A stretch of DNA of 64,000 nucleotides, from IMG/VR virus record IMGVR_UViG_3300025845_000008, positions 1-64,000 of that record; one strand, written 5' to 3'. Both the position numbers and the translations under genes were made by a program. Below the pieces are notes generated by a model. It searched no databases and was not told the origin of the DNA. It saw only the letters and a program-made list of their open reading frames with translations. This DNA comes from an uncultured virus (IMG/VR IMGVR_UViG_3300025845_000008). Lineage: Duplodnaviria > Heunggongvirae > Uroviricota > Caudoviricetes. Below are positions 9,928 to 19,378 of this stretch, in pieces; within the stretch, counting starts at the first letter, position 1, and the number at the start of each line of letters is the position of its first letter.

Positions 9928-12900
9928 ATGGCTGGAAATTATGGATTAGATATCAAAAGATACCTCGAAAGTGAAAAGAAAAATATTAAAGCCAGAAGTG
10001 AAGCTTTGAGATTACAAGCCGAAGCCGAGGAAAATCTATCCGCCGAGAAACTTAAGATGAGAGAAAAGGGTCTCAAGGTGGCAAAGGAATACGAGAAAGC
10101 TGAGAGCGAAAGGGATGATCTTGCAATAAAAAAACTTAAGGATGAGATAGAGAATTCTAAACGGATTATTGAAGGTATTGAGGAGAGTAAAAAACACCAT
10201 GAAGAGATTATAAGACAAACTAGACTGGAATCTTTGAGATTAGAAAAAAGATCGGAGAAATATAAAGATCTAGGTGGTCAAATTTCAAACTTAGCCGGAA
10301 CAATATCTAAATCCTTGGGGGCAGAAGAGGCATATAAACGAACTCTTTCTGAAATGGTTATTGATGAAATACGCGAAAATAAGGAGATAGCTAAGGTCTA
10401 TAAAACAGGATCAGCTGAGGATAAGGATGTTGTTTTTGATCAAATGTTCAATAAACTTAGGGAAGTATTAGAAAAAAATAACCCAGAAGACAAAGATTTG
10501 ATAGAGAACGCAATAAAAGAACTTACCGATACTCATATGGATGAACTTGTCAGTAAAAGTGAGAATATGTTTCATCCATTAATCAAACAGTTAAAATCAA
10601 CTGCCGGTGCCGTTAGGAAACAAATGCAGAATATACCTTTAATAGGAAGATTGATGTCAGATGAGATGACGGAGCATTGGAGGTCTGCTGGTAAAGATAT
10701 ATTGGGTGAGATGAACACACATCTTGGATCTATACTGAAACCGATTGATGTTCTTGTTGGACCTTTTAGGTCTATAGGTAAAAGTCTTATGGTCGCATTT
10801 AAATCCTTGACAAGTGGACCGACAGAATATGAAAAGAGTGTTGTTGTGTATTTAAAGAAAATAGCGGGTGATGTATCAGAAGATAGATCGGTTGGTATTA
10901 AGGGATGGATGGAACAAAAGAAGCAATGGATTGGTGAGAAAAAACAATGGCTGTTTAGCAGAAAGCAGTGGGCTATAAGTCAAAGAGACAAAGCAAGGGA
11001 GTTATATGGAAGGAAGGATGAAGTGCTTGATGGTGTTAAAAAATTCTTTAAAAAGGGATTAATGTTTGTTATAGCGGCAGTTGGGCTTGCTGCGGGTGCC
11101 CTTGTTAAACAGATAATATACCCATTTGAGATTATGTTTAAATCTCTTAGAGCTATAGCTAAATTTCCTTTAATCTCAAATTTTATAACACAAGCTAGTA
11201 AATTTATCAATAGTTTACCGGTAATGGGCAAGGTTCTAGCAAACATCGGCGGTGTTATTGGGAAAGTTATAGGTATATTTAGTAGGGTTGGCTCATCTAT
11301 TGGTGGTTATATTAGAATAGGTTTAGATTTTTTGAAAAAGTCATCTCTGATTGCGGAATCTATGGGAAAATTTGTTAAAGGGTTTAAATTAGGGTTGGGT
11401 ATTATAGGTAAAGCTTTGTTTTGGGTCACAGCTATATTTGATTTTGTTAAAGGGTTCCTGAACACAGAAGGAACCATCCTTGATAAATTGTGGGGTGGTA
11501 TTGAGGGTGTCATTATAGGCTTTGTGAAGGCACCCGTAGTGATATTGAGTTGGTTGTTTGAAAAGGTTATGGGTTTCTTTGGCGTCGAAATTAAAGGTAC
11601 CGCAGATAGTATTATGTCTGGTGTAAAAAATATCCTTGGTTTCGTTAAAGACTCTATAGGGTTCTTATTCAAACCTCTGATGCTTTGGTGGGGTTTTATA
11701 AAGGATATGATAGTGATACCTTTTACTGCCGTATTTAATACCATAAAATCAGTGTTCACTGGTGTATGGGATGGTCTGGAGAAAATTTTTAGCGGTGACG
11801 TGGTAGAAGGTCTTTGGGAGATTATAAAATCAATCAATCCTATATCTATATTAGGTGATTTTTTGTATAACATATTTGACTCTATTGTTGATGTTTTTTC
11901 TGGAATAGTAGATAAGGTAAAAGATTTTTCTGGTAAGATTGGAGATTTTATTTCTAATTTAATACCGGATTGGGCTAAAAATTTATTAGGTATGGGAAAA
12001 GAAAAAAAAGATAAAGCTTATGAAGCTATGTCAGATTCATTGAATATGTATGACGAGGTTTCAAATGCCGGTGCGGTTGGTGTAAACGAAAGAGGCATGT
12101 CTTTTGGTACGGCCATGAAAAATGGTTATATTGATATTGATGAGTCACGTGAACTTGCATCACAGGACGGTAAATATAAGGTTCTTTCTAGGGAAGAGAA
12201 GAGTGAGTTAGAGAAATTATACAAGGCAGATTATGAGAGAAAAAGAGACGAGTATCTAGAGTTATCAAAACAACTCAAGTCGTCAGATGTTATGGGAGGT
12301 ATTAAAGATTTCTTTGTTGGAATATGGAATGATATCTCAAACTTCTTTGGTAAGGTTGGAGAGGTTTTTACTGACATTAAAAATGGTTTATTTGATGCAA
12401 TATCTACAATATTTAACAGAGTTCCTGAGATTCTATCTGATGTAAAAAATGGTATTTTTGGTGCGATATCATCGGTAGTTGATAGCTTTTCCGAAGTTTT
12501 TGTTGTAATGAGAGATGGTCTTTTTGATTCAATATCATCCATAGTTGATAAGATTGGAGGTATTTTTTCTAAGATAAAAGATGGTCTTTTTGGTGCAGCG
12601 AGTAAGATAGTAGATAAAGTGGTTAACATTTTTGGTTTTGGTGGTGATGATGAGGGTGATGAGAAAGAAGTTTCTACTAAAATTAACCTCCCCGAAACAA
12701 TTAAATCACCTGATATACCTGAAAGGAAGTGGCGTGGTGTAGAAGAAAAAGATCGCTTATATAACAATCAGACCAAAGATGAAGTTATTCCTAGAAGTAG
12801 ATTGGACGGTGATAATAAAATTATAAACAAAGATCAGACTTCTATGGTAGATGTTGCTGCCGCTAAGATTAAATATGAAGATGATCGCAATAAAAAAACA

Positions 12901-13092
12901 CAGGAAGAAATGGGAAGTGTTAATAAGGCGTTGAAGGAGAGTATCAATGTTATGAATAATAACACAGAAAAACAGATTTCTGTTATCAATAATAATAGTT
13001 CTACTAATAGTGTGGTAAATAAAAAACAGATACCTGATGGTGTTGAGAGTATAGCCGTTATGTTTGTTAATAAATCATGGGGGATGACATAA
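9928..13092 (+). CDS. tape measure protein
   Basis: ~1050 aa, coiled-coil N-term, amphipathic Gly/Phe/Ile repeats with 22-aa periodicity; ATG 9928 after GGAG; position after tube and chaperones. Confidence 0.8.
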   Translation: MAGNYGLDIKRYLESEKKNIKARSEALRLQAEAEENLSAEKLKMREKGLKVAKEYEKAESERDDLAIKKLKDEIENSKRIIEGIEESKKHHEEIIRQTRLESLRLEKRSEKYKDLGGQISNLAGTISKSLGAEEAYKRTLSEMVIDEIRENKEIAKVYKTGSAEDKDVVFDQMFNKLREVLEKNNPEDKDLIENAIKELTDTHMDELVSKSENMFHPLIKQLKSTAGAVRKQMQNIPLIGRLMSDEMTEHWRSAGKDILGEMNTHLGSILKPIDVLVGPFRSIGKSLMVAFKSLTSGPTEYEKSVVVYLKKIAGDVSEDRSVGIKGWMEQKKQWIGEKKQWLFSRKQWAISQRDKARELYGRKDEVLDGVKKFFKKGLMFVIAAVGLAAGALVKQIIYPFEIMFKSLRAIAKFPLISNFITQASKFINSLPVMGKVLANIGGVIGKVIGIFSRVGSSIGGYIRIGLDFLKKSSLIAESMGKFVKGFKLGLGIIGKALFWVTAIFDFVKGFLNTEGTILDKLWGGIEGVIIGFVKAPVVILSWLFEKVMGFFGVEIKGTADSIMSGVKNILGFVKDSIGFLFKPLMLWWGFIKDMIVIPFTAVFNTIKSVFTGVWDGLEKIFSGDVVEGLWEIIKSINPISILGDFLYNIFDSIVDVFSGIVDKVKDFSGKIGDFISNLIPDWAKNLLGMGKEKKDKAYEAMSDSLNMYDEVSNAGAVGVNERGMSFGTAMKNGYIDIDESRELASQDGKYKVLSREEKSELEKLYKADYERKRDEYLELSKQLKSSDVMGGIKDFFVGIWNDISNFFGKVGEVFTDIKNGLFDAISTIFNRVPEILSDVKNGIFGAISSVVDSFSEVFVVMRDGLFDSISSIVDKIGGIFSKIKDGLFGAASKIVDKVVNIFGFGGDDEGDEKEVSTKINLPETIKSPDIPERKWRGVEEKDRLYNNQTKDEVIPRSRLDGDNKIINKDQTSMVDVAAAKIKYEDDRNKKTQEEMGSVNKALKESINVMNNNTEKQISVINNNSSTNSVVNKKQIPDGVESIAVMFVNKSWGMT
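12379..12600 (+). repeat. 66-bp (22-aa) degenerate tandem repeat in tape measure gene
   Basis: K[ND]G[LI]F[DG]AIS-type units x4 at 66-bp spacing. Confidence 0.7.
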
Positions 13093-13823
13093 TGCCAGAT
13101 TTTTTTCCAGATTTTTATGACGCTAAGTTCAAAGGATCCCCTGATACTTTATGGTTAAGAGTTAGACCTAAAGAATTTAGACCTAACATACAAAAACAGA
13201 CCGGTGCTAATGAGGGATCTATCGTGGATGGTATTGATTATAGGTTCCTATTATCAGGATCTGTTAATATAGGCATCGATCATACTTGGACTTCTCTTGA
13301 TACAATTTCTGGTGAGATTCGAAACCTTAAAGCGAATGTGTCGAAAGCTGTAGCTCAAGCCGGTGCTGCCGGTGGTTCTTCGGCTGGTAATATTTTTAGT
13401 CAGGGTATCAGCAGTAAAAACGATAATCCTTTTATATACGAAGATACTCAGAGAAGAACTGTTAATATTGAATTGAAATTTGCCACATATAAAGATGCTT
13501 CGAAAGAGGTGTGGACTCCTATACAGAATCTTATGAGGTGGTCTTGTGCCGAATCTACCGAATCAGGGTCACTTGCCACTAATTTCAAATTTCCTTATGT
13601 ATTCGAGCTTAGAACTGTAACAGGTTCGGGTGAACTGACAGGTATGATAAATATACCAAATGCTGCATTGACGCAAATACTACCTACATACGAGGCACCT
13701 TATAAGAATGGATACCCCATGAGCGCCACTGTATCGGTGACATTTTCGGAAATAGATCCTGTGTACAGAAGTTCCTTGGTTATCAGAAAAAGTAAAGTTA
13801 GCTCTAATGTTCAAGGTGGGTGA
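13092..13823 (+). CDS. baseplate tail-tube initiator/cap (gp48/gp54-like)
   Basis: tube-fold features (RRTVNIELKF, FKFPYVF, GYPMSATVSVTFSEI); follows tape measure gene. Confidence 0.6.
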   Translation: MPDFFPDFYDAKFKGSPDTLWLRVRPKEFRPNIQKQTGANEGSIVDGIDYRFLLSGSVNIGIDHTWTSLDTISGEIRNLKANVSKAVAQAGAAGGSSAGNIFSQGISSKNDNPFIYEDTQRRTVNIELKFATYKDASKEVWTPIQNLMRWSCAESTESGSLATNFKFPYVFELRTVTGSGELTGMINIPNAALTQILPTYEAPYKNGYPMSATVSVTFSEIDPVYRSSLVIRKSKVSSNVQGG

Positions 13824-13828
13824 TTATA

Positions 13829-14194
13829 ATGACGATTAAAAGAGTTGAGAATGTTTTTAGGAATTTGCCTGTTAACTCAATGTTAAGGGCTTTTCCTGTT
13901 ATGGAAGATGAAGATAAAGTGCAACTTCTTAATATTTTCAGACCTTATACCATATCAGCGTTATCCAAAGAGAACCCCTATTTGTTTGAGTATTATCAGG
14001 TAGAAGAGAATGACTTTTTGGATACAATTGCATATAAGTTCTATGGTAACTCTGCTCTATGGTGGGTTGTGGCGGATTTTAATGACATAACTAATCCATA
14101 TGAGGCTCTTGAGGCAGGAACTTTACTAAAACTTATGCGTAGTGATTATTTGTATATATTATATGACGATGTTCAACTTATCGGAGATTTATAA
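13829..14194 (+). CDS. gp53: baseplate wedge gp53-like (LysM-like)
   Basis: YQVEENDFLDTIAYKFYGNSALWWVVADFN. Confidence 0.8.
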   Translation: MTIKRVENVFRNLPVNSMLRAFPVMEDEDKVQLLNIFRPYTISALSKENPYLFEYYQVEENDFLDTIAYKFYGNSALWWVVADFNDITNPYEALEAGTLLKLMRSDYLYILYDDVQLIGDL

Positions 14195-15519
14195 TGTCTA
14201 ATTCTACCGGATGGGAGATTATTGACATTGAGATATATACTACAGGTGTGTTTGAGAGTAAATGGACGTTAAGTTTTACTTCAATAGAACAAGCTTATAT
14301 CATTGAGGATATGTTTTCGTTTAGTATGACTGGTAAGATATCTTTTCATGACAGAATAGGTGTATCTGAGATAGGTCCATTGACAGGCGAAGAAAAAGTT
14401 AAAATAAAGTATGGTAACACAGACGGTGATGGTAAATATAAGGAGTATACTTTTCATATACTGGAAATACAAAGATTTGAGAGGAATATAACACTAAATC
14501 CCGCAGGTAATGATCTTATAACTCTGATATTGGTTGATGAATATTACCATAAATGGCATTCACATTTTTGGAGTAAATCTTGGAAGGATACAAAGATAGG
14601 TGATATTATTAAAGATATATCAGAAAATCATCTTGGTATAACAGTATTTAATGAGTTTGAATCAACGAAAGAGAAAATAGAGTATTTCGATACTCACCAA
14701 AGAACTCCCGCAGAATGTATCACATGGTTGATGAATAGGGCAAGTGGATCCATATCAGGCCAACCGGGATACCTGTATTGGATGTCTGGTGTAGCAGATT
14801 CTACGGAATTTAAACATTCATTTGTTACCATTGAGAAAATGCTGGCTAAGACTGGTTGGATGAAACCTTATGTTGAAACATCAGGTCTATATTCAGATGG
14901 GAATGGTATAGGGTCATATATATTTGATGGCAAAAATCCTGATTTTATCAATAAAATTCGTGATCATGAGGTTAGGAATGTTGACTTAAGTTCACTTAAA
15001 ACCCTTACTGGCGGTAAAGCTTTGGGGTATGATTCGAAGAGAAAAAAACTAATAAAACAAGAGTATACCTATCAAGACGCTCTGTCTAGATATACTTTGT
15101 TAGGAAAATTTTCATTATTTCCTTCGAGTCTTGAGATATCAAAACCTGTCATTATAATAGATGGATGTCATGACGAAAAGATTTTGGATAACATATGGTA
15201 CGGTAATTGGATAAAAGAGTATTCTAATCAATTACTGGTAAGTATAACAGTGGACGGTCATGTTGATAGGCATGCAGGAGGAATGATTCGTATTATTTGG
15301 CCGAGTCATGCCGAAAAGGATTCGGTGTCTGGGTTGTGGACACCCAAAGAAGAGGAATTTAATAAACAGCTTGATGGTAGATATATGGTTAAAAGTATAA
15401 CACATTATTTTGATAAAAATCAATCATATGGATGGCAACAGAAATTAGTGTGTATAAAGAATGGGTACAAAGACACTTTTAATAAAAACCTCATACCTGC
15501 GTCTAAGAAAAATTTGTAA
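14194..15519 (+). CDS. baseplate hub protein (gp27-like)
   Basis: IIEDMFSFSMTGKI..D, PLTGEE, DGRYMVKSITHYF; lies before gp5. Confidence 0.7.
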   Translation: MSNSTGWEIIDIEIYTTGVFESKWTLSFTSIEQAYIIEDMFSFSMTGKISFHDRIGVSEIGPLTGEEKVKIKYGNTDGDGKYKEYTFHILEIQRFERNITLNPAGNDLITLILVDEYYHKWHSHFWSKSWKDTKIGDIIKDISENHLGITVFNEFESTKEKIEYFDTHQRTPAECITWLMNRASGSISGQPGYLYWMSGVADSTEFKHSFVTIEKMLAKTGWMKPYVETSGLYSDGNGIGSYIFDGKNPDFINKIRDHEVRNVDLSSLKTLTGGKALGYDSKRKKLIKQEYTYQDALSRYTLLGKFSLFPSSLEISKPVIIIDGCHDEKILDNIWYGNWIKEYSNQLLVSITVDGHVDRHAGGMIRIIWPSHAEKDSVSGLWTPKEEEFNKQLDGRYMVKSITHYFDKNQSYGWQQKLVCIKNGYKDTFNKNLIPASKKNL

Positions 15520-15528
15520 GGAGAGTCC

Positions 15529-16602
15529 ATGTCAAGAATCGATTTAGCTCACATGCAACTAAAAACCAATAAATTTCACGGTATATATCGTGGGGTGGTG
15601 GAAGACAATGTTGACCCTGATATGATGGGGAGATGTCGTATTAGGGTTTGGGGTCTACATGATGACGTTAAAGTTTCTACCCCAGAGGAGGGTATACCTA
15701 CTGACCAATTACCTTGGGCCGAACCATGTCTTGGTCTTATAGAAGGGTCTGTGAGTGGGTTGGGATGTTTTTCCGTGCCATTACAAGGGTCACATGTTTT
15801 TATGTTCTTTGAGGGTGGTAATTGGGGATGTCCGAGGTTTTTCGCAACCGTACCAGGTAGACCTGTTGATGCCCCTGACACATCCAAAGGGTTTAATGAT
15901 CCTGACGGGGTTTACCCAAAATCCGATAGACTTGATGAACCAGATTATCCTAGACTTTCTCGTGGAGATATTACTGATACAATAATCGAAACTCGGAACA
16001 ACAATCTTGACACGGGCGTATCACTTGCCGGGGGTGGTAGTTGGGATGAACCACAATCAGCTTATGCGGCTGAATATCCTCAGAATATAGTCATTTCGAC
16101 TCACGGTGGAATAACCATAGAGATTGATAATACTCTTGATGCCGAAAGGTTACATGTATATCACCCATCAAACACATATATAGAGATAGATGTTGATGGT
16201 AATGTTGTGTTTGGGAATGAGGGTGACAGGTTTGAAATTACGAGACAGACACGGAATAAGCATATAATGGTGGATGATAACGAAACTATTGATGGGAATA
16301 AAACTTCAAAAGTTGGTAGTGACAGAACATCTCATATTATAAGTAATGATGATTTAACTGTTGGTAGTAACTGGTCTATAAACGTTGGTGGAAATATTAG
16401 CATTAGTGCCGGTGGTAATATAACAATGGACTCAGGTGGAAGTACGGAGATATCAGCGGGTAGTTCTTTAAGTGCTTCGGCTAGTAGCACTTTCAGTGCA
16501 TCGGCTGGTAGCACCGCAACAGTATCAGCGTCTGGACCAGCGACATTAGAAGGTTCTGTTGGTGTTGTTAAAGGAACCGCAAAAACTTTTACGGTGGCAT
16601 GA
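15529..16602 (+). CDS. gp5: baseplate central spike gp5-like (OB fold plus beta-helix, no lysozyme domain seen)
   Basis: GVVEDNVDPDMMGRCRIRVWGLH, LPWA, ERLHVYHPSNTYIEI, VG/ISAG beta-helix repeats. Confidence 0.88.
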   Translation: MSRIDLAHMQLKTNKFHGIYRGVVEDNVDPDMMGRCRIRVWGLHDDVKVSTPEEGIPTDQLPWAEPCLGLIEGSVSGLGCFSVPLQGSHVFMFFEGGNWGCPRFFATVPGRPVDAPDTSKGFNDPDGVYPKSDRLDEPDYPRLSRGDITDTIIETRNNNLDTGVSLAGGGSWDEPQSAYAAEYPQNIVISTHGGITIEIDNTLDAERLHVYHPSNTYIEIDVDGNVVFGNEGDRFEITRQTRNKHIMVDDNETIDGNKTSKVGSDRTSHIISNDDLTVGSNWSINVGGNISISAGGNITMDSGGSTEISAGSSLSASASSTFSASAGSTATVSASGPATLEGSVGVVKGTAKTFTVA

Positions 16603-16603
16603 T

Positions 16604-16912
16604 ATGGGATATGATATTTTACAGGTTGGTGATTCTGGTTCGGGTGTTTGTACGTCACATAAAAGCCCAAAATCCGTTGTAGGGACTATAACAACAGGGA
16701 TAGATGGTGCTGATAAGGATGGTATTTTGTTGGCAAAGGAAGGATCGGTTGTTAATTTAACATGTGGTCATACAGGGACTTTGATTGCGTCAGAATCCTC
16801 TATGAATGTTAGCGGTGATATTTTAGCAAAATTAGGGGACTCATGGGGTCCAGGTTCTGGTGCTACGACAGGGACAATTACATCAACATTAGGTGGAATT
16901 TCTGGAGAATAG
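16604..16912 (+). CDS. PAAR-like spike tip protein (gp5.4-like)
   Basis: GDSGSGVCTSH, CGHTGTLI, LAKLGD; directly after gp5. Confidence 0.75.
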   Translation: MGYDILQVGDSGSGVCTSHKSPKSVVGTITTGIDGADKDGILLAKEGSVVNLTCGHTGTLIASESSMNVSGDILAKLGDSWGPGSGATTGTITSTLGGISGE

Positions 16913-16951
16913 GTTTACATGCCTATGGTTTTTAAATAAATAAGACAGAGG

Positions 16952-17350
16952 ATGTTTATGTCAAAGATAACATATTGGAAAGACTTTGATAACAACTTTA
17001 CTAGAAAATCTGGTGGAGATGTTAATACTATGTCGAATATTGAAGCCATTTATAATTCGCTGACCAATATTTTTGAAACACTGAAAGGTGGTAGGCGCAT
17101 GTTACCGGAGTTTGCTCTACCTTTACATAATATACTATTTGAGCCTATAGATGACATGACCTCACAGGAACTTGGTGAGATGATATTAGCCGCTGTTCAT
17201 TTATGGGAAACTCGTATAGAGGTTGACAATGTTAATGTTATAGGTAGACCTGATAGAAATTACTATGAAATAAATTTAGAATTTAGAATAGTTAATGACC
17301 CTAGTTCTGATACCACAGAGGTATTTACTAGCGTTCTAAGGACAACATAA
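16952..17350 (+). CDS. gp25: baseplate wedge protein gp25
   Basis: AIYNSLTNIFETLKGGRRMLPEF, LFEPID, WETRIEV. Confidence 0.9.
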   Translation: MFMSKITYWKDFDNNFTRKSGGDVNTMSNIEAIYNSLTNIFETLKGGRRMLPEFALPLHNILFEPIDDMTSQELGEMILAAVHLWETRIEVDNVNVIGRPDRNYYEINLEFRIVNDPSSDTTEVFTSVLRTT

Positions 17351-19374
17351 TGAGTGTAAAATTTACCCCGGATTATAGAGATATTGATTACAAGACAATG
17401 GTAGCAAGGCTTAAAACCTTGTTATCAAAATTGGATTCTTTTAAGGATTATAATTTTGAAGGTTCTAATATATCAATGCTTATAGAACTTGTCTCATATG
17501 TCGGTGATCTCAATACATATTTTACCAATAAATTGGCACAGAACTTACATCCAGAGACTGCAAATGTTTATGAAATAGTCCATTCTTTGGTCAAACAACA
17601 GGGTTACAATCCAGTGGGGTATGTTGCTTCTGAATTGACGGTTACGATCAGAGTTTACAGGGTTGCTCTTGATGAGTTTGAGGCTGTATATAATGCTAAT
17701 GATCAAATATTCATACCACAGTGGTCAATCATTGACACTGGTATAAAGGATGATGTTAATGGTGATAATATTTATTACACTCTTACTGACTCATATAATT
17801 ATACTGTAACGGATGATGATGTTACGAATGGTTATATTGAATTTGATGTGGTTTTGAAACAAGGGGTTCCCGTAACATCACCTTTAACATACACGGGTTC
17901 TGATATAGTTGATAATCAGATTATCCTTCCGTTTAAGCAGTATGATATGGGAACATATCCTTATGATTTTTATACACCATCTATTGAGGTTCGTGTAGGA
18001 ACTGGTCAGGATAAATGGGTTCGTATCAATGACTTTTTTGATGGTATTTCTGGTCTTTTGGGTGAAAATAATACCTATATGTTTTCATATGACAAATATA
18101 GACGATATGTTATAAATTTTTCTAATACGAGAAATATACCTGATGTGTCAGATTCTATTCTAGTTTATCCCATAGAAACGCTAGGTTCTCTTGGTGCTGT
18201 TACAGCAAACACATTTTCTGTTGATAGAGATTCAGTAGCTACACATTATATACAAGATAGAGGGATTAGACCGGAAACAACTGATATATTGGGGATTGAA
18301 ACCCCTTTTATGACGAATTTAAGGACATCAACGGTTATTCCTGTTGATAACTATGTAATATATAATGTATCTGGTTCTTCTGGTGGTTCGGATCCACAAA
18401 CAATAGATGATCTTAAAATATCAGGATCCTCTGCAGCACAAAATCAACAAAGAAATTGTACGAGATATGATTATAAGGGTAATCTTGAATCTAGAGGGGA
18501 TGTGATTGTTGCCAATGCTTGGGGTGAACAAGAGGCGAATCCCGGAGCATTATATCTTGAAAACTATAACAAGGCATATATATCAGTTATACCAGCAGAG
18601 TGGTCAAATGGTGTTGCTAATAATGTAACGTTGAAACAATTAAGTGGTAGTGATATTGATGCTTATTTTACTGGTGGTGTGAATGTAACATTAGATTTCC
18701 CCCTTTCATATAATCCAGTGTGGGTTAATGATATATTATCATATATAGAGCCGAGAAAAATGATAGGTATATATGAGATATTTGTTACTCCCGAGGTGGT
18801 TAAATTTAGAATCGATTTTGGTCTTAAAATCAAAAGAACTTACAACTGGATAGAAGTCAAAGAAACAGTTCTTCGTAAATTAGAATATTACTTTTCCCCT
18901 GACAATAGAGAGTTTGGTGAGGTTATAGATTTTAGAGAAATAATCAATTATTTATTGGATCCTAGTGTAGCATCTAATACAGATGATTTTATGTTGGTTC
19001 GTGGTATAGATAGTTTGGTTATACGAGACATAATGATACATCGTGATCCTGAGTTGGTTGAAAGACTTAATGTTCAGAATGTATGTAATTTTATGGGTGG
19101 CAATATGATTGGTCAGTGTAGCAATACAAATTTCAGTGATGAAGCATCATGTAATGCTGCCGGTGAAGCGTGGAGTCTTGTGTGTAGCTTGGTTCCAGAC
19201 TCAATGTATATTTACCCGGAGAATGAATTGAGTTATTTTCCTCATTATATAGATCTTGGGTATACACATAGCACTAACGATGAAACTTATAATGATCTAT
19301 TACCCATACAATTAGGGTATAAACAATTTCCGCAGCTTGTTAAAGACTTGTGCGTATTTGTAAACGAAGGATAA
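17350..19374 (+). CDS. gp6: baseplate wedge protein gp6
   Basis: FKDYNFEGSNISMLIELVSY, SGGSDPQTIDDLK, QQRNCTRYDY. Confidence 0.88.
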   Translation: MSVKFTPDYRDIDYKTMVARLKTLLSKLDSFKDYNFEGSNISMLIELVSYVGDLNTYFTNKLAQNLHPETANVYEIVHSLVKQQGYNPVGYVASELTVTIRVYRVALDEFEAVYNANDQIFIPQWSIIDTGIKDDVNGDNIYYTLTDSYNYTVTDDDVTNGYIEFDVVLKQGVPVTSPLTYTGSDIVDNQIILPFKQYDMGTYPYDFYTPSIEVRVGTGQDKWVRINDFFDGISGLLGENNTYMFSYDKYRRYVINFSNTRNIPDVSDSILVYPIETLGSLGAVTANTFSVDRDSVATHYIQDRGIRPETTDILGIETPFMTNLRTSTVIPVDNYVIYNVSGSSGGSDPQTIDDLKISGSSAAQNQQRNCTRYDYKGNLESRGDVIVANAWGEQEANPGALYLENYNKAYISVIPAEWSNGVANNVTLKQLSGSDIDAYFTGGVNVTLDFPLSYNPVWVNDILSYIEPRKMIGIYEIFVTPEVVKFRIDFGLKIKRTYNWIEVKETVLRKLEYYFSPDNREFGEVIDFREIINYLLDPSVASNTDDFMLVRGIDSLVIRDIMIHRDPELVERLNVQNVCNFMGGNMIGQCSNTNFSDEASCNAAGEAWSLVCSLVPDSMYIYPENELSYFPHYIDLGYTHSTNDETYNDLLPIQLGYKQFPQLVKDLCVFVNEG

Positions 19375-19378
19375 GATA

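Noticed and set aside
10036..12767. Long minus-strand ORFs in the tape measure gene
   Set aside because: Antisense shadows of biased codon usage with no recognisable motifs
16913..16942. Early promoter at GTTTACA before gp25
   Set aside because: No TAnnnT at 17-bp spacing; only a late-like TAAATA core
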